The translations under genes and the position numbers were made by a program. Positions 1 to 8,690 of a DNA stretch of 64,000 nucleotides are shown piece by piece; the stretch's first letter is position 1; each line of letters begins with the position of its first letter. Source of the DNA: Nitrosopumilus sp. (lineage in GTDB: Archaea > Thermoproteota > Nitrososphaeria > Nitrososphaerales > Nitrosopumilaceae); NCBI GenBank assembly GCA_965249555.1, contig OZ252243.1, forward strand, positions 224,001 to 288,000, read 5' to 3'. Under the pieces are notes generated by a model. That model was not told the origin of the DNA. It saw only the letters and a list, made by a program, of their open reading frames with translations, and did not search any database.

Positions 1-1
1 A

Positions 2-139
2 GCAACTCTTGTTCCATCAGAATTAGAATATGCAGAAGGATACAAAGATAGAATGAGTATTCTTGAAAGTAAGATGAAGCCAATGGAAGGATACACCACA
101 CGTGGTGAAAAGAAAGATAATTACGAAGATCCGGATTAA
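2..139 (+). CDS. 3' end of a CDS entering the window (…ATLVPSELEYAEGYKDRMSILESKMKPMEGYTTRGEKKDNYEDPD*), product unknown
   Basis: Open frame from base 2 to TAA at 137-139. Confidence 0.6.
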   Translation, partial: ATLVPSELEYAEGYKDRMSILESKMKPMEGYTTRGEKKDNYEDPD

Positions 140-202
140 CAGTTTAGTTTGTCATCAAAATTTTAGGAAATAGTTAAATCAAAAAAGACCTCATCAAAAT
201 AG

Positions 203-616
203 ATGATAAGTTATTTTCAACAAGTCTTTGATTACAAAACATACCTTGTTACAGCACTAGCACTAGTCACATTTTCAGATTTTGTGGTTGTTTTATTTGG
301 GCAGACCATACCCGGAGTCATTTTGACATTTTTCAAAATGGCTGGAGAGTATGTAATTTTAGGCTCTGTTTTTGTTTTTGCACTGTTTTGGCTTGTAAAA
401 GCAAGACCTCACAATCGCCCAAAACAATACTCAGTGGTCGTATTTGATGTGTTTGGAAAAAAGAGTCAAATTGACGGCATTAGAACTGAATTCAAAACAC
501 ATGATGTTGCTTGGAGTTTCATGAAACAATACAAAAAAGAATATCCACTATGCAACTTTGCACTAGTGACTGAGCAACCAGAATCAGACAAACCAACGAT
601 TTTCAGATACATCTAG
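203..616 (+). CDS. Hypothetical membrane protein
   Basis: 137 aa ORF with two hydrophobic N-terminal segments. Confidence 0.7.
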   Translation: MISYFQQVFDYKTYLVTALALVTFSDFVVVLFGQTIPGVILTFFKMAGEYVILGSVFVFALFWLVKARPHNRPKQYSVVVFDVFGKKSQIDGIRTEFKTHDVAWSFMKQYKKEYPLCNFALVTEQPESDKPTIFRYI

Positions 617-653
617 TTTCAAACTTTTATTCAGGATTACATAAAGAATTAGA

Positions 654-2420
654 ATGGAGTTCTCCATTTTAGCTGATTCTTTTAATAAAATGGAATCAAC
701 TAGGAAAAGATTAGAGTTAACACAGTTTCTAGTAGAATTATTTGAAAAAACACCTCATGATGTAATTTCTAAGATTGTGTATCTTTTACAGGGAAAACTA
801 CGACCAGACTTTGAAGGAATTGAATTAGGTGTTGCTGAAAAACTTGCATTAAGGGCAATCTCAAAGTCATCAGGAATCACAATTAAGAGAATAGAGGAGG
901 AATATAGAAAAGAAGGAGATCTAGGACATGCAGCATCAGTAATACTAGAACAAAAAACACAGACAACATTCCTTGTAGAAGATATCACAGTCGAGCGAGT
1001 ATATGAAACATTATTCAAAATTGCCAAGTTGGAAGGAACGCGCTCACAAGACATGAAAATAAAATATATTTCGAGTTTACTTAATGATGCAAACCCATTA
1101 GAGGCAAGTTTCATTTTGAAAATTTTGTTGGGATCATTGAGACTAGGAATTGCAGAGAACACAGTAATGGATGCATTGGCAATAGCATTTTCTGGAAATA
1201 AAGATAACAGAAAAATTTTGGAGCATGCATACAATGTGTCTAGTGATTTAGGGAAAGTTGCAGAAACCATAGCAACAAAAGGTCTCGAAGGAATTGAAAA
1301 ATTTGAGATCATTTTGTTTAATCCAATCAGACCTATGCTTGCTGACAGAGTCAAAAGTGAAGAAGAAGCAATTAAAAAAATGGGAGACAATTTTGCAGCT
1401 GAATACAAGCTAGATGGGGAAAGAGTTCAACTTCACATTGAGGGAGACAAAGTCGTATTATTTTCTAGGAGTTTAGAAAACATCACAAGTTATTATCCAG
1501 ACATTATAGAAAAAATTCCAAAAGCAATTCAAGCAGAGAATGTAATTTTGGAAGCAGAGGCAGTTGCAATCAAAGAAAGTACTGGAGCATTTTTACCGTT
1601 TCAAGAATTAATGCACAGAAGAAGAAAATACAAGATAGAAAAAGCAGTTACTCAGTATCCAATCACAGTAAATTTTTTTGATATCTTATACTGTAATGGA
1701 AAAAGCTGCTTAGAGTTAAACTACAAAGATAGAAGAGAGAAATTAGAAAGAATTGCAAAAGAAGATGAATTTGCAAAACATATTCCAATGGCAATAGTCA
1801 AAAATGACAATGAGGTTAAGGACTTTTTTGAAAACAGCATTAATGCAGGTAGTGAGGGATTGATGCTAAAGATGCTTGACAAGCCATACCAAGCAGGTTC
1901 GAGAGGAAGTAATTGGTTAAAGCTAAAACGAGAGTATCAAAATGAGTTAGGAGACAGTTTAGATCTTGTGGTAATAGGGGGATTTTTTGGAAAAGGAAGA
2001 AGGACAGGAAACTATGGGACACTACTACTTGCAACATATGATGAAGATACTGACACATTCACCAGCATTTGCAAAGTAGGGACCGGATTTTCAGATGAGA
2101 GTTTGGACCAGTTATATCAAATTTTGAATCCAAAAGTTACAATCAAGAAAAACCCACGCATAGATAGTGAAATGGAAGCAGATGTGTGGTTTGAACCAGA
2201 ACTAGTAATCGAAGTGGTGGCATCAGAGATTACACTCAGTCCGATTCACAAAGCAGCATTAGATAGAATAAAAAAAGATGCGGGTCTTGCTTTGAGATTT
2301 CCTAAATTTACAGGAAAGATTAGAGTTGAGAAGGCAGTTGAGGATGCATCCACAAATGAAGAAGTAATCACACTATACAAAGGACAAAAAAAGGTAGCAC
2401 ATGATAAAAATTTGATATAA
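654..2420 (+). CDS. lig: ATP-dependent DNA ligase
   Basis: Motif I EYKLDGERVQ, EGLMLK, WLKLK and LRFPKF; 588 aa archaeal length. Confidence 0.97.
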   Translation: MEFSILADSFNKMESTRKRLELTQFLVELFEKTPHDVISKIVYLLQGKLRPDFEGIELGVAEKLALRAISKSSGITIKRIEEEYRKEGDLGHAASVILEQKTQTTFLVEDITVERVYETLFKIAKLEGTRSQDMKIKYISSLLNDANPLEASFILKILLGSLRLGIAENTVMDALAIAFSGNKDNRKILEHAYNVSSDLGKVAETIATKGLEGIEKFEIILFNPIRPMLADRVKSEEEAIKKMGDNFAAEYKLDGERVQLHIEGDKVVLFSRSLENITSYYPDIIEKIPKAIQAENVILEAEAVAIKESTGAFLPFQELMHRRRKYKIEKAVTQYPITVNFFDILYCNGKSCLELNYKDRREKLERIAKEDEFAKHIPMAIVKNDNEVKDFFENSINAGSEGLMLKMLDKPYQAGSRGSNWLKLKREYQNELGDSLDLVVIGGFFGKGRRTGNYGTLLLATYDEDTDTFTSICKVGTGFSDESLDQLYQILNPKVTIKKNPRIDSEMEADVWFEPELVIEVVASEITLSPIHKAALDRIKKDAGLALRFPKFTGKIRVEKAVEDASTNEEVITLYKGQKKVAHDKNLI

Positions 2421-2486
2421 TCGTGCTCAAAAAACATCAAAAATCATAGAGGATTTAAATTACCTGAGGAATTTTTGGCTTCTGTT

Positions 2487-3140
2487 ATGTATAGTGGAGA
2501 ACTAGAAGTTCAAGCAAAAAGAAAGGCCATAGCAGTTTTACAAGACGAAATTAACCGAATTCTAAACGCCGCCAGGGAACTTGCAACACTACCTGAGCTT
2601 ATGATGAAAAAAGACAAGACAGGAATCAAAGGTGTACTAGAGCAAATTTCAACGATTGAAGAAGAAGTGGAGAATCTAAGAAGAAAGATTACGAGAGAAG
2701 TGGCAGATGTGGGAGGATTAATCATGAATAGGGAAAACCTTCTCAATACAGCATACACAATGGATGAAATTGCAGGTTACATTACAGGTATTGCATTCAA
2801 ACTCTCAAACGTCAAAGTAACCACACTAAAAAGTGCAAAACTTGACCAGGACATCACAAAGTTAATTGAACTAGTTGTAGACGAAGTTTACAAGCTAAAT
2901 GAAATCATTAGAAGTCTCAACACAAACACTGCTAATGCAATTGAATTAGCCCAAGAGACACAAACAATAGAGAGAGAGATTGATATCAAATATAGACAAG
3001 CCACAATCAAAATTCTATCCGAAGTAGCAAATACAAAAGAATTGTTGTTGATGAAAGATGTAATAGAAGGAATAGAAGAGATGGCAGATAAATGTCAACG
3101 AGTGTCAGATTCTTTCATATTACTAGCATTGAGCCTGTAA
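2487..3140 (+). CDS. DUF47/PhoU-like phosphate transport regulator
   Basis: Helical repeats EEEVENLRRKI and EREIDIKYR, plus IEEMADKC; ATG at 2487 preferred over TTG at 2475. Confidence 0.8.
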   Translation: MYSGELEVQAKRKAIAVLQDEINRILNAARELATLPELMMKKDKTGIKGVLEQISTIEEEVENLRRKITREVADVGGLIMNRENLLNTAYTMDEIAGYITGIAFKLSNVKVTTLKSAKLDQDITKLIELVVDEVYKLNEIIRSLNTNTANAIELAQETQTIEREIDIKYRQATIKILSEVANTKELLLMKDVIEGIEEMADKCQRVSDSFILLALSL

Positions 3141-3239
3141 AGAAAACACATAATTTTTCATTTTTACTTTATTTTTAATTCCTCAAAATTACTACACTCA
3201 ACTAGAGAATTCATATACACACAATGATGCCCAATAATT

Positions 3240-3776
3240 ATGAAAGGTGAGTTAATAGAGAATAGAATCATTGTTTGGAATATAGAGGATTCACGTAAAC
3301 TTTTCAGCCAAGGATATTATGGAAAACCAATAGGCATTCCAAAACCAAAAATTGAGGAAATAGATGTGCCATTAATTTTAGATCTTATCGAAGGATTGTA
3401 TCTTTTAGAAAATAAGAAAATTACAATTACCAAATCAAAACAAAAATTAAACATTGATCAAATGATTGAGATTTGTAAACAAGAATACCATGATTTTGAT
3501 AAAAAATATCTAGTTTACAAAAATTTCAGAGACAAAGGATACGTCATCAATCCCGGAATAAAATTTGGATGTGACTTTGCAGTATATGAAAAAGGGCCAG
3601 GAATTGATCATGCACCATATCTGATTCAAGTTTACAACAGAAATGAATCAATTTCATCAACAGGGATTGTTCTTGCAGGAAGGCTTGCATCAACAGTTAG
3701 AAAGCAATTCATCTTAGCAATTCCAAAAGGTAAAGACAAGGTGGATTTTCTTGCTTTAGACTGGTGGAGGGCTTAG
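3240..3776 (+). CDS. endA: tRNA-intron endonuclease catalytic subunit
   Basis: VYKNFRDKGY, GIKFGCDFAVY, HAPY and RK catalytic motifs. Confidence 0.92.
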   Translation: MKGELIENRIIVWNIEDSRKLFSQGYYGKPIGIPKPKIEEIDVPLILDLIEGLYLLENKKITITKSKQKLNIDQMIEICKQEYHDFDKKYLVYKNFRDKGYVINPGIKFGCDFAVYEKGPGIDHAPYLIQVYNRNESISSTGIVLAGRLASTVRKQFILAIPKGKDKVDFLALDWWRA

Positions 3777-4150
3777 ATTGCTTTAATGTGACCAGCTATT
3801 TTGTTATAAATTTCATAAAGTTCTTTGGTAATACCAAAGGCAATGTGATCATCCCATTTACTTCTAATTCTTACTGCACCATCAGTAGGCTCCACATAGA
3901 TAGTAGAATTTTTGATTGATTGCTTTGCAATCATTTCATTTAGTTCATTATCATCATTTAGTTTTGAAGCTAAACTGCCAGGACCATTCCATTCAACTTT
4001 AACAACAGTTTTTGAACCAAAATGCCCTTTAGTTGTTAGTTCTGTTTTTGCAAGATAGTCTCCATCTGCATTACCAGTGTCTTTTCTTACAATGAAATGT
4101 GCTTGAAATCTGTCTTGGGCACCCCAGGGGATTGGATTTGGATCTTGCAT
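3773..4150 (-). CDS. Hypothetical protein
   Basis: 125 aa ORF, co-oriented with the neighbouring ORF. Confidence 0.7.
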   Translation of the reverse strand: MQDPNPIPWGAQDRFQAHFIVRKDTGNADGDYLAKTELTTKGHFGSKTVVKVEWNGPGSLASKLNDDNELNEMIAKQSIKNSTIYVEPTDGAVRIRSKWDDHIAFGITKELYEIYNKIAGHIKAI

Positions 4151-4152
4151 TT

Positions 4153-4389
4153 CTATCCCTTTTGAATTATTTGAATTACATCGATGTTAGAGTTCTTAAC
4201 ATCAAGGCATCCTCGATTAGTTATCATTCTAGGTGTTTGAGCAAAATATCTACTATAGTAATCATCTTTTTCAACATCATCAGTTCCAATCTCTTTTGAC
4301 TCTGAATCCACTCCGATCTCCTTTAACATATCACTAAATTTTTCAGGCCATGTTTTGGAAACAAATGTATCTAATTCAGCATCATGCAT
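4153..4389 (-). CDS. Hypothetical protein
   Basis: 78 aa ORF ending 2 bp before the next gene. Confidence 0.65.
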   Translation of the reverse strand: MHDAELDTFVSKTWPEKFSDMLKEIGVDSESKEIGTDDVEKDDYYSRYFAQTPRMITNRGCLDVKNSNIDVIQIIQKG

Positions 4390-4594
4390 GAAAAATCAAG
4401 AGGCATACCCACAAATAAAGTTAGTCAGATTAGTTTTATCTACTTGAATTTATTCTAGTCACAGTTTCTATATGTTATTTTCAGATGACATTAAAGACAG
4501 TTAGATTTTTTGCAAAAGGCTTTTTTAGATGATATACATTTTCTTCAAGTTGTGTACTTTAATTTTAGGCAATAAAATAAATCCCGATTATCAA

Positions 4595-4893
4595 GTGAAT
4601 CGATCAACAGAACTCGACATTATGATGATGTTTGGTGCTGGTGCATCAAGTCCATCTGGAATTCCAACAATAGATGAAATGACATCAGAATTTTTAGAAG
4701 AATATCAAAAAAAAGAATGCCATCTATTTTGAGTGTATTAAAGAAGATTACTAAATTCCAATTTGAGAAAGTGGGTCTAGATACTATTATGGGTGTGGTC
4801 GTTCAATTTGAAGACAAAAAATATAGAGAACTTTTGGAGAATAAATTTTCCCAACCCCATAATACTCACAAATTTACTTGTAATTGTGAATAA
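4595..4893 (+). pseudogene. Truncated, frameshifted SIR2-family (NADase-like) protein
   Basis: MMFGAGASSPSGIPTIDEM is a SIR2 N-terminal motif. The frame shifts near the A8 run (4707-4714) and continues MPSILSVLKK…GLDTIMG to TAA at 4891. Confidence 0.65.
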
Positions 4894-4988
4894 TTAATTC
4901 ACAAGCCATTGAAACCAATAATAGGCATTATACTTTGAAATCACAGGTAATTTCTGATTTAATCAGACAGTCGCAAAAGTGTAAGCGA

Positions 4989-5252
4989 TTACACAGCATT
5001 AGCTGCCATTTCTTGTTCAGCTATTTTCATTGCACGTTCTGTAGCAATACTTGATGACAGTTTTTCTAAATACTTGGATTTTGAAGAATCTGGATTCAGC
5101 TTGAATAACATCGCTTTTCCAACATTTCTATTTTTAAAAATTACATTTTCTGCTGCCAGTTTGTTTACTTCTTTTAGAGTAGTTTTAAAACCTATTCCAG
5201 AATTTCTTGCAATGTCTGAAATTGAATAGTCATAACTTCTAAAAGTTATCAT
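4989..5252 (-). CDS. Winged-helix DNA-binding protein, probably 5'-truncated by the adjacent element
   Basis: YSISDIARNSGIGFKT helix-turn-helix and NVGKAMLFKLN wing; an inverted repeat begins 9 bp upstream of the ATG. Confidence 0.7.
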   Translation of the reverse strand: MITFRSYDYSISDIARNSGIGFKTTLKEVNKLAAENVIFKNRNVGKAMLFKLNPDSSKSKYLEKLSSSIATERAMKIAEQEMAANAV

Positions 5253-5261
5253 AAAATGATA

Positions 5262-5309
5262 ACTGTAACGTTGTCGTTACTTGAAATACGGATCTTCTAA
5301 GGATTGAAA
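5262..5309 (+). repeat. Left inverted repeat ACTGTAACGTTGTCGTTACTTGAAATACGGATCTTCTAAGGATTGAAA
   Basis: Reverse complement of 8593-8640 with one mismatch. Confidence 0.95.
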
Positions 5310-5374
5310 GGGGTAATTATTCGTGTTAACTGTTGAGGGATGAGCTTTTAGATTAGTTAGAATCTTGTAAAATT

Positions 5375-5449
5375 GGACTTGTTGCATAGTTTGGATAGTG
5401 CAGGTGGCTTCGAACCATCAGGTCAGGGGATCGAAGCCCCTCAAGTCCT
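5375..5449 (+). tRNA. tRNA-Arg(UCG), divergent copy inside the transposon
   Basis: Cloverleaf: acceptor GGACTTG/CAAGTCC, D stem GCAT/GTGC, anticodon stem GGTGG/CCATC with loop CTTCGAA, T stem AGGGG/CCCCT with loop ATCGAAG. Confidence 0.88.
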
Positions 5450-6364
5450 TTACCACCATTCACTATCATTATACATATTGTTTGGAACACCAACAAGTCT
5501 AACGTCAAATTTTAATGAAGGCTCAATTTTTGTCCTGGCGTTATGAATCCTAAATGACAATTCCCAACCTTGATCAAATATCATCTCTAGTTTGTTATTG
5601 TTAATTATCCGAGTCCTGATAATTTCAGTAGGAAATCTTAGTTTTTTAACATTGTAATTGGGTTTTATTCTGCCTGATTGTCTGTTCAATGTACCATAGA
5701 AATTATACCCCTGAATCTGCGTGTATTTGTCATACTTCATGATCTTGTAAAAGTCGTTTGTACCTACAAGATATTTGATAAGTTGCATTGGAATACGGGA
5801 ATTTTCCTGTGTAAATCTACAAATTTCTGTTTCAAATGCCTTTAGAACTGGCATGTAATAATCAATATGCTTGTTTTCTAGCTGATTCCATTCCATAAGA
5901 CTATCCAAACCTCTGAGTTTTCCAAAAATTTCTTTAGCACTATTCATGTATGTTTCAGAACATCTTATCCCAAACCATTGTTTGCCAAAGTCTATACTGT
6001 CTGATAGCCTTGAATGTTTTACTGCATTGTTTTTATTTTTGGCAGAAAAACCAATTTGCCATGAATCTGTATTTAATATTACAATATCTCTGACATCACC
6101 AGATATTTTCTTTTGATCTGATTGAATGGTAATTGTCATAGGATTAGTGTCTTTCAAGTGTGGCTCTAGGTTTATGATGTGGCTTATTGCAGCTTGTGAA
6201 GCTGATTTGTATTCCTGTTGCGATGCTTCATCAAATAGATTGAAGCATTTTTGTGCCGTATCATAAGATGAATCTTTTACAAACTTTGCATTCTGTACCT
6301 TCTCATACAATGAATGACCTAAAGCATATTCAAAGGCTTTGCCTGATTGAGTCTGACTAGGCAT
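5450..6364 (-). CDS. HaeIII-family type II restriction endonuclease
   Basis: GKAFEYA, GDVRDI, SAKNKNNAVKHSRLS, DFG..WFG..CS and SFRIHNA…EPSLKFD motifs. Confidence 0.85.
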   Translation of the reverse strand: MPSQTQSGKAFEYALGHSLYEKVQNAKFVKDSSYDTAQKCFNLFDEASQQEYKSASQAAISHIINLEPHLKDTNPMTITIQSDQKKISGDVRDIVILNTDSWQIGFSAKNKNNAVKHSRLSDSIDFGKQWFGIRCSETYMNSAKEIFGKLRGLDSLMEWNQLENKHIDYYMPVLKAFETEICRFTQENSRIPMQLIKYLVGTNDFYKIMKYDKYTQIQGYNFYGTLNRQSGRIKPNYNVKKLRFPTEIIRTRIINNNKLEMIFDQGWELSFRIHNARTKIEPSLKFDVRLVGVPNNMYNDSEWW

Positions 6365-7145
6365 TTTTCTTATCAGCCAAATCGTTACTCAGTATCAGGA
6401 CTTCCCTTGAATTTTTATTGTTTGACATTCCATATTTCCATTTAGGATAATAAAATTCAAAGGCATCATACATCTTGTCAATCTGACTACAGTCATTATA
6501 CGATAAAATCCAGTTGTCTCTATTCTTTAGAATTTTTGCCAATCCCTCATGGTCAAAGCCACAATGCAAATCTCCTTTATTTCCATAAAGTTTCTGATCA
6601 ATCAGGTATGGCGGATCAAGATATAACAGATTGTCTTTTGATTTAGGTATTGATTCCTTAAAATCAGCTTGTTCCACATGTAGGTTTTTTATCTGGAAGT
6701 TTTCAATTCTCTCTATTGATGAAATAGTAAATCGTGGATGGTTGGGAGACATACCACCTGACATTGTAGTACCAGAAAATGATGAGCGATTTAATACATA
6801 AAAAATAGCTGCTCGTTTATATTTTGACTGTGATCTGTGTTGGGATTTTTGAAGTTCATAAAATCTATCCTTGGATAATGGATAATATTCTTTGATGATT
6901 TTTGCAAGTTTGATTCTGTTATTCAAAAGACACTGCCAAAACTCTACAAGTGGTTTGAAATTATCATACCCATAGACAGTGATTCCGTTATTGACACATG
7001 CCAATTCAATAGATCCGCCTCCAAGAAAAGGTGAATAAATTACATCTGTTTCATGTGGAATAAAACTTGATATTTTAATTATCCCTCGTGATTTTCCTCC
7101 CGCATATCTTAGCGGTGAACGTGGCTCTTTTCTCAATACCAACAT
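6357..7145 (-). CDS. Dam-like (D12 class) amino DNA methyltransferase
   Basis: SPLRYAGGKSR, PFLGGGS, LYLDPPY and LSYND motifs; overlaps the REase by 8 bp. Confidence 0.92.
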   Translation of the reverse strand: MLVLRKEPRSPLRYAGGKSRGIIKISSFIPHETDVIYSPFLGGGSIELACVNNGITVYGYDNFKPLVEFWQCLLNNRIKLAKIIKEYYPLSKDRFYELQKSQHRSQSKYKRAAIFYVLNRSSFSGTTMSGGMSPNHPRFTISSIERIENFQIKNLHVEQADFKESIPKSKDNLLYLDPPYLIDQKLYGNKGDLHCGFDHEGLAKILKNRDNWILSYNDCSQIDKMYDAFEFYYPKWKYGMSNNKNSREVLILSNDLADKKNA

Positions 7146-7182
7146 TTTCTGTTACTTCCTTTTACATTTTCTAATCTTACAA

Positions 7183-7356
7183 TCATTCCTTCATTAATTC
7201 CAAAACAATTTTCCCTGTCTTGAGATCCAATGTCCACTTTAGTTTGTCATTAGTCGTAATCTCCAACAGATCTGCAATGTATTTAGGAATTGTACAGCGT
7301 ACAGTTTGATTCTTGTTTGCGATTACAACGTTTGAATATTTTACCAAATTCTTCAT
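7183..7356 (-). CDS. AbrB/SpoVT-like small regulator (57 aa, not in the ORF track)
   Basis: MKNLVKYSNVVIANKNQTVRCTIPKYIADLLEITTNDKLKWTLDLKTGKIVLELMKE*; TIPK.IA..L.I…D.L.W pattern. Confidence 0.75.
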   Translation of the reverse strand: MKNLVKYSNVVIANKNQTVRCTIPKYIADLLEITTNDKLKWTLDLKTGKIVLELMKE

Positions 7357-7436
7357 GCCTATCTTTATGACCTGTTATATTTATGCCTATATCAAAGGGC
7401 ATAACTCATATCGGCATATTAATGCCTATAAGCATG
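7354..7436. promoter_or_regulatory. Divergent promoter region with repeated ATGCCTAT boxes
   Basis: ATGCCTAT at about 7355, 7383 and 7422, plus inverted GGCATA boxes, between the AbrB-like gene and the transposase. Confidence 0.45.
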
Positions 7437-8559
7437 AATCAAATAACTCAAAGAGCCAAACTGATGATGGAAAACCAGACTGTGCAGTACAGTTTAGCCC
7501 TGACAAATTTAGCGTAAGATCACAGAGCATTCCTCAAGTTCATTATATCATATCAAAGACAGACAACGGATTGATCTGTGATTGTCCAGACCACATCAAG
7601 AGAAAATCAGACTGCAAGCACATCAAGATTGTACTGGAGCTAATCAAGAAAAATCAAGGTAACATTCAAGAGTTTAGAATGATGGACAGGTCAATATTCA
7701 ATCTTTGCAAGTTCTGTGATTATGGCAGACTAATCAAAAAAGGAATCAGAAAAAACAAGCAAGGGGATGTCCAGCAATACAGATGTAAAGATTGTAATAA
7801 AATATTTACTTTGAATCTTGGCTTTGAGAAAATGAAATCCAAAGACGTTCTAATCACCAGAGTCTTGCAGATGTACTTTGCAGGAATGTCAGTCAGAGAC
7901 ATTGCAGACTGTTTTGAACAAGAAGACATCAAGGTATCTCATATGACAATCTACAGATGGATTGAAAAATACTCCAAAATAACCAGTAATTATCTCAAGG
8001 GCGTAGTGCCAAGAGTATCTGAAATTTGGAGAACAGATGAAATCTTTATGAAAATCAAATGCGATATGAAACTACAGTATTCCATGCTTGACCATGAGAC
8101 CAGATTTATGATAACTCAATATGTGGCAAATACCAAAGGCACTGAAAATGTCAATCCAATGTTTAGAGAAGCTATGATGATTATAGATAAGATACCAACC
8201 ACACTAATTTCTGATGGAGCTGTAAACTTTCACGAAGCATGGGAAGAAAATTACAAGGCAAAGAATTTTCTTTGGAAAGATACCGAACACATCAGACATA
8301 TTCACATGAAAGGCGACAAGAACAACAACAGAATAGAAAGATTAAACGGTACAATCAGGGATAGAGAAGTTGCATACAGAGGGATAGAGAAGATGAACAG
8401 TCCATTATTTGATGGCTTTCAAACGTTCTATAATTTCTCAAAAAAGCACACAGTAGAATTGGCAAGAAGACTACAGCTGAGATGGCAGGTATTCTAGTAG
8501 ATGGAAATAACAAGTGGAAAACTATCATACAAAACGCCTCACTTAGTCAATACCAATAA
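7434..8559 (+). pseudogene. IS6-family-like DDE transposase (SWIM, Zn ribbon, HTH, DDE) with two frameshifts
   Basis: CDCPD..CKH, QYRCKDC, SVRDIA, WRTDE, ISDG and NNRIERLNG. The likely start MNQITQRAKLMME (7434) is out of frame at the A4 run near 7471. The C-terminus GKKTTAEMAGI…WKTIIQNA is out of frame after CACACA near 8447. Confidence 0.85.
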
Positions 8560-8592
8560 TCATCATTTTAGGAATTTTAGAACTTGTAAATT

Positions 8593-8640
8593 TTTCAATC
8601 CTTAGAAGATCCGTATTTCAGGTAACGACAACGTTACAGT
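8593..8640 (-). repeat. Right inverted repeat
   Basis: Pairs with 5262-5309; extends to GGTACTGT on the minus strand (8643), resembling IS6-type ends. Confidence 0.95.
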
Positions 8641-8690
8641 ACCCAGAGATCAATCCAATTAAATATCACAAAAGGTTTTACAGTTCATCT

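Larger units (their letters stand above)
5262..8640. mobile_element. Inverted-repeat-bounded IS6-like transposon carrying a tRNA and an R-M pair
   Basis: 48-bp terminal inverted repeats with 47/48 identity enclose a DDE transposase remnant, AbrB-like ORF, MTase, REase and tRNA; no target-site duplication found. Confidence 0.85.

Noticed and set aside
755-1408. 217 aa antisense ORF within lig, and similar shadow ORFs within core genes and tandem repeats
   Set aside because: They lie opposite or out of frame to well-supported genes and have no motifs; those in repeats stay open only because the unit lacks stops.
5375-5449. att-site remnant of an element integrated at tRNA-Arg 28865-28939
   Set aside because: It is full length, in the opposite orientation and diverged with compensatory changes; att duplicates are partial, direct and near-identical.
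7313-7433. ORF-track N-terminus of the transposase
   Set aside because: It overlaps the AbrB-like gene and promoter; ATG at 7434 plus a frameshift is more plausible.
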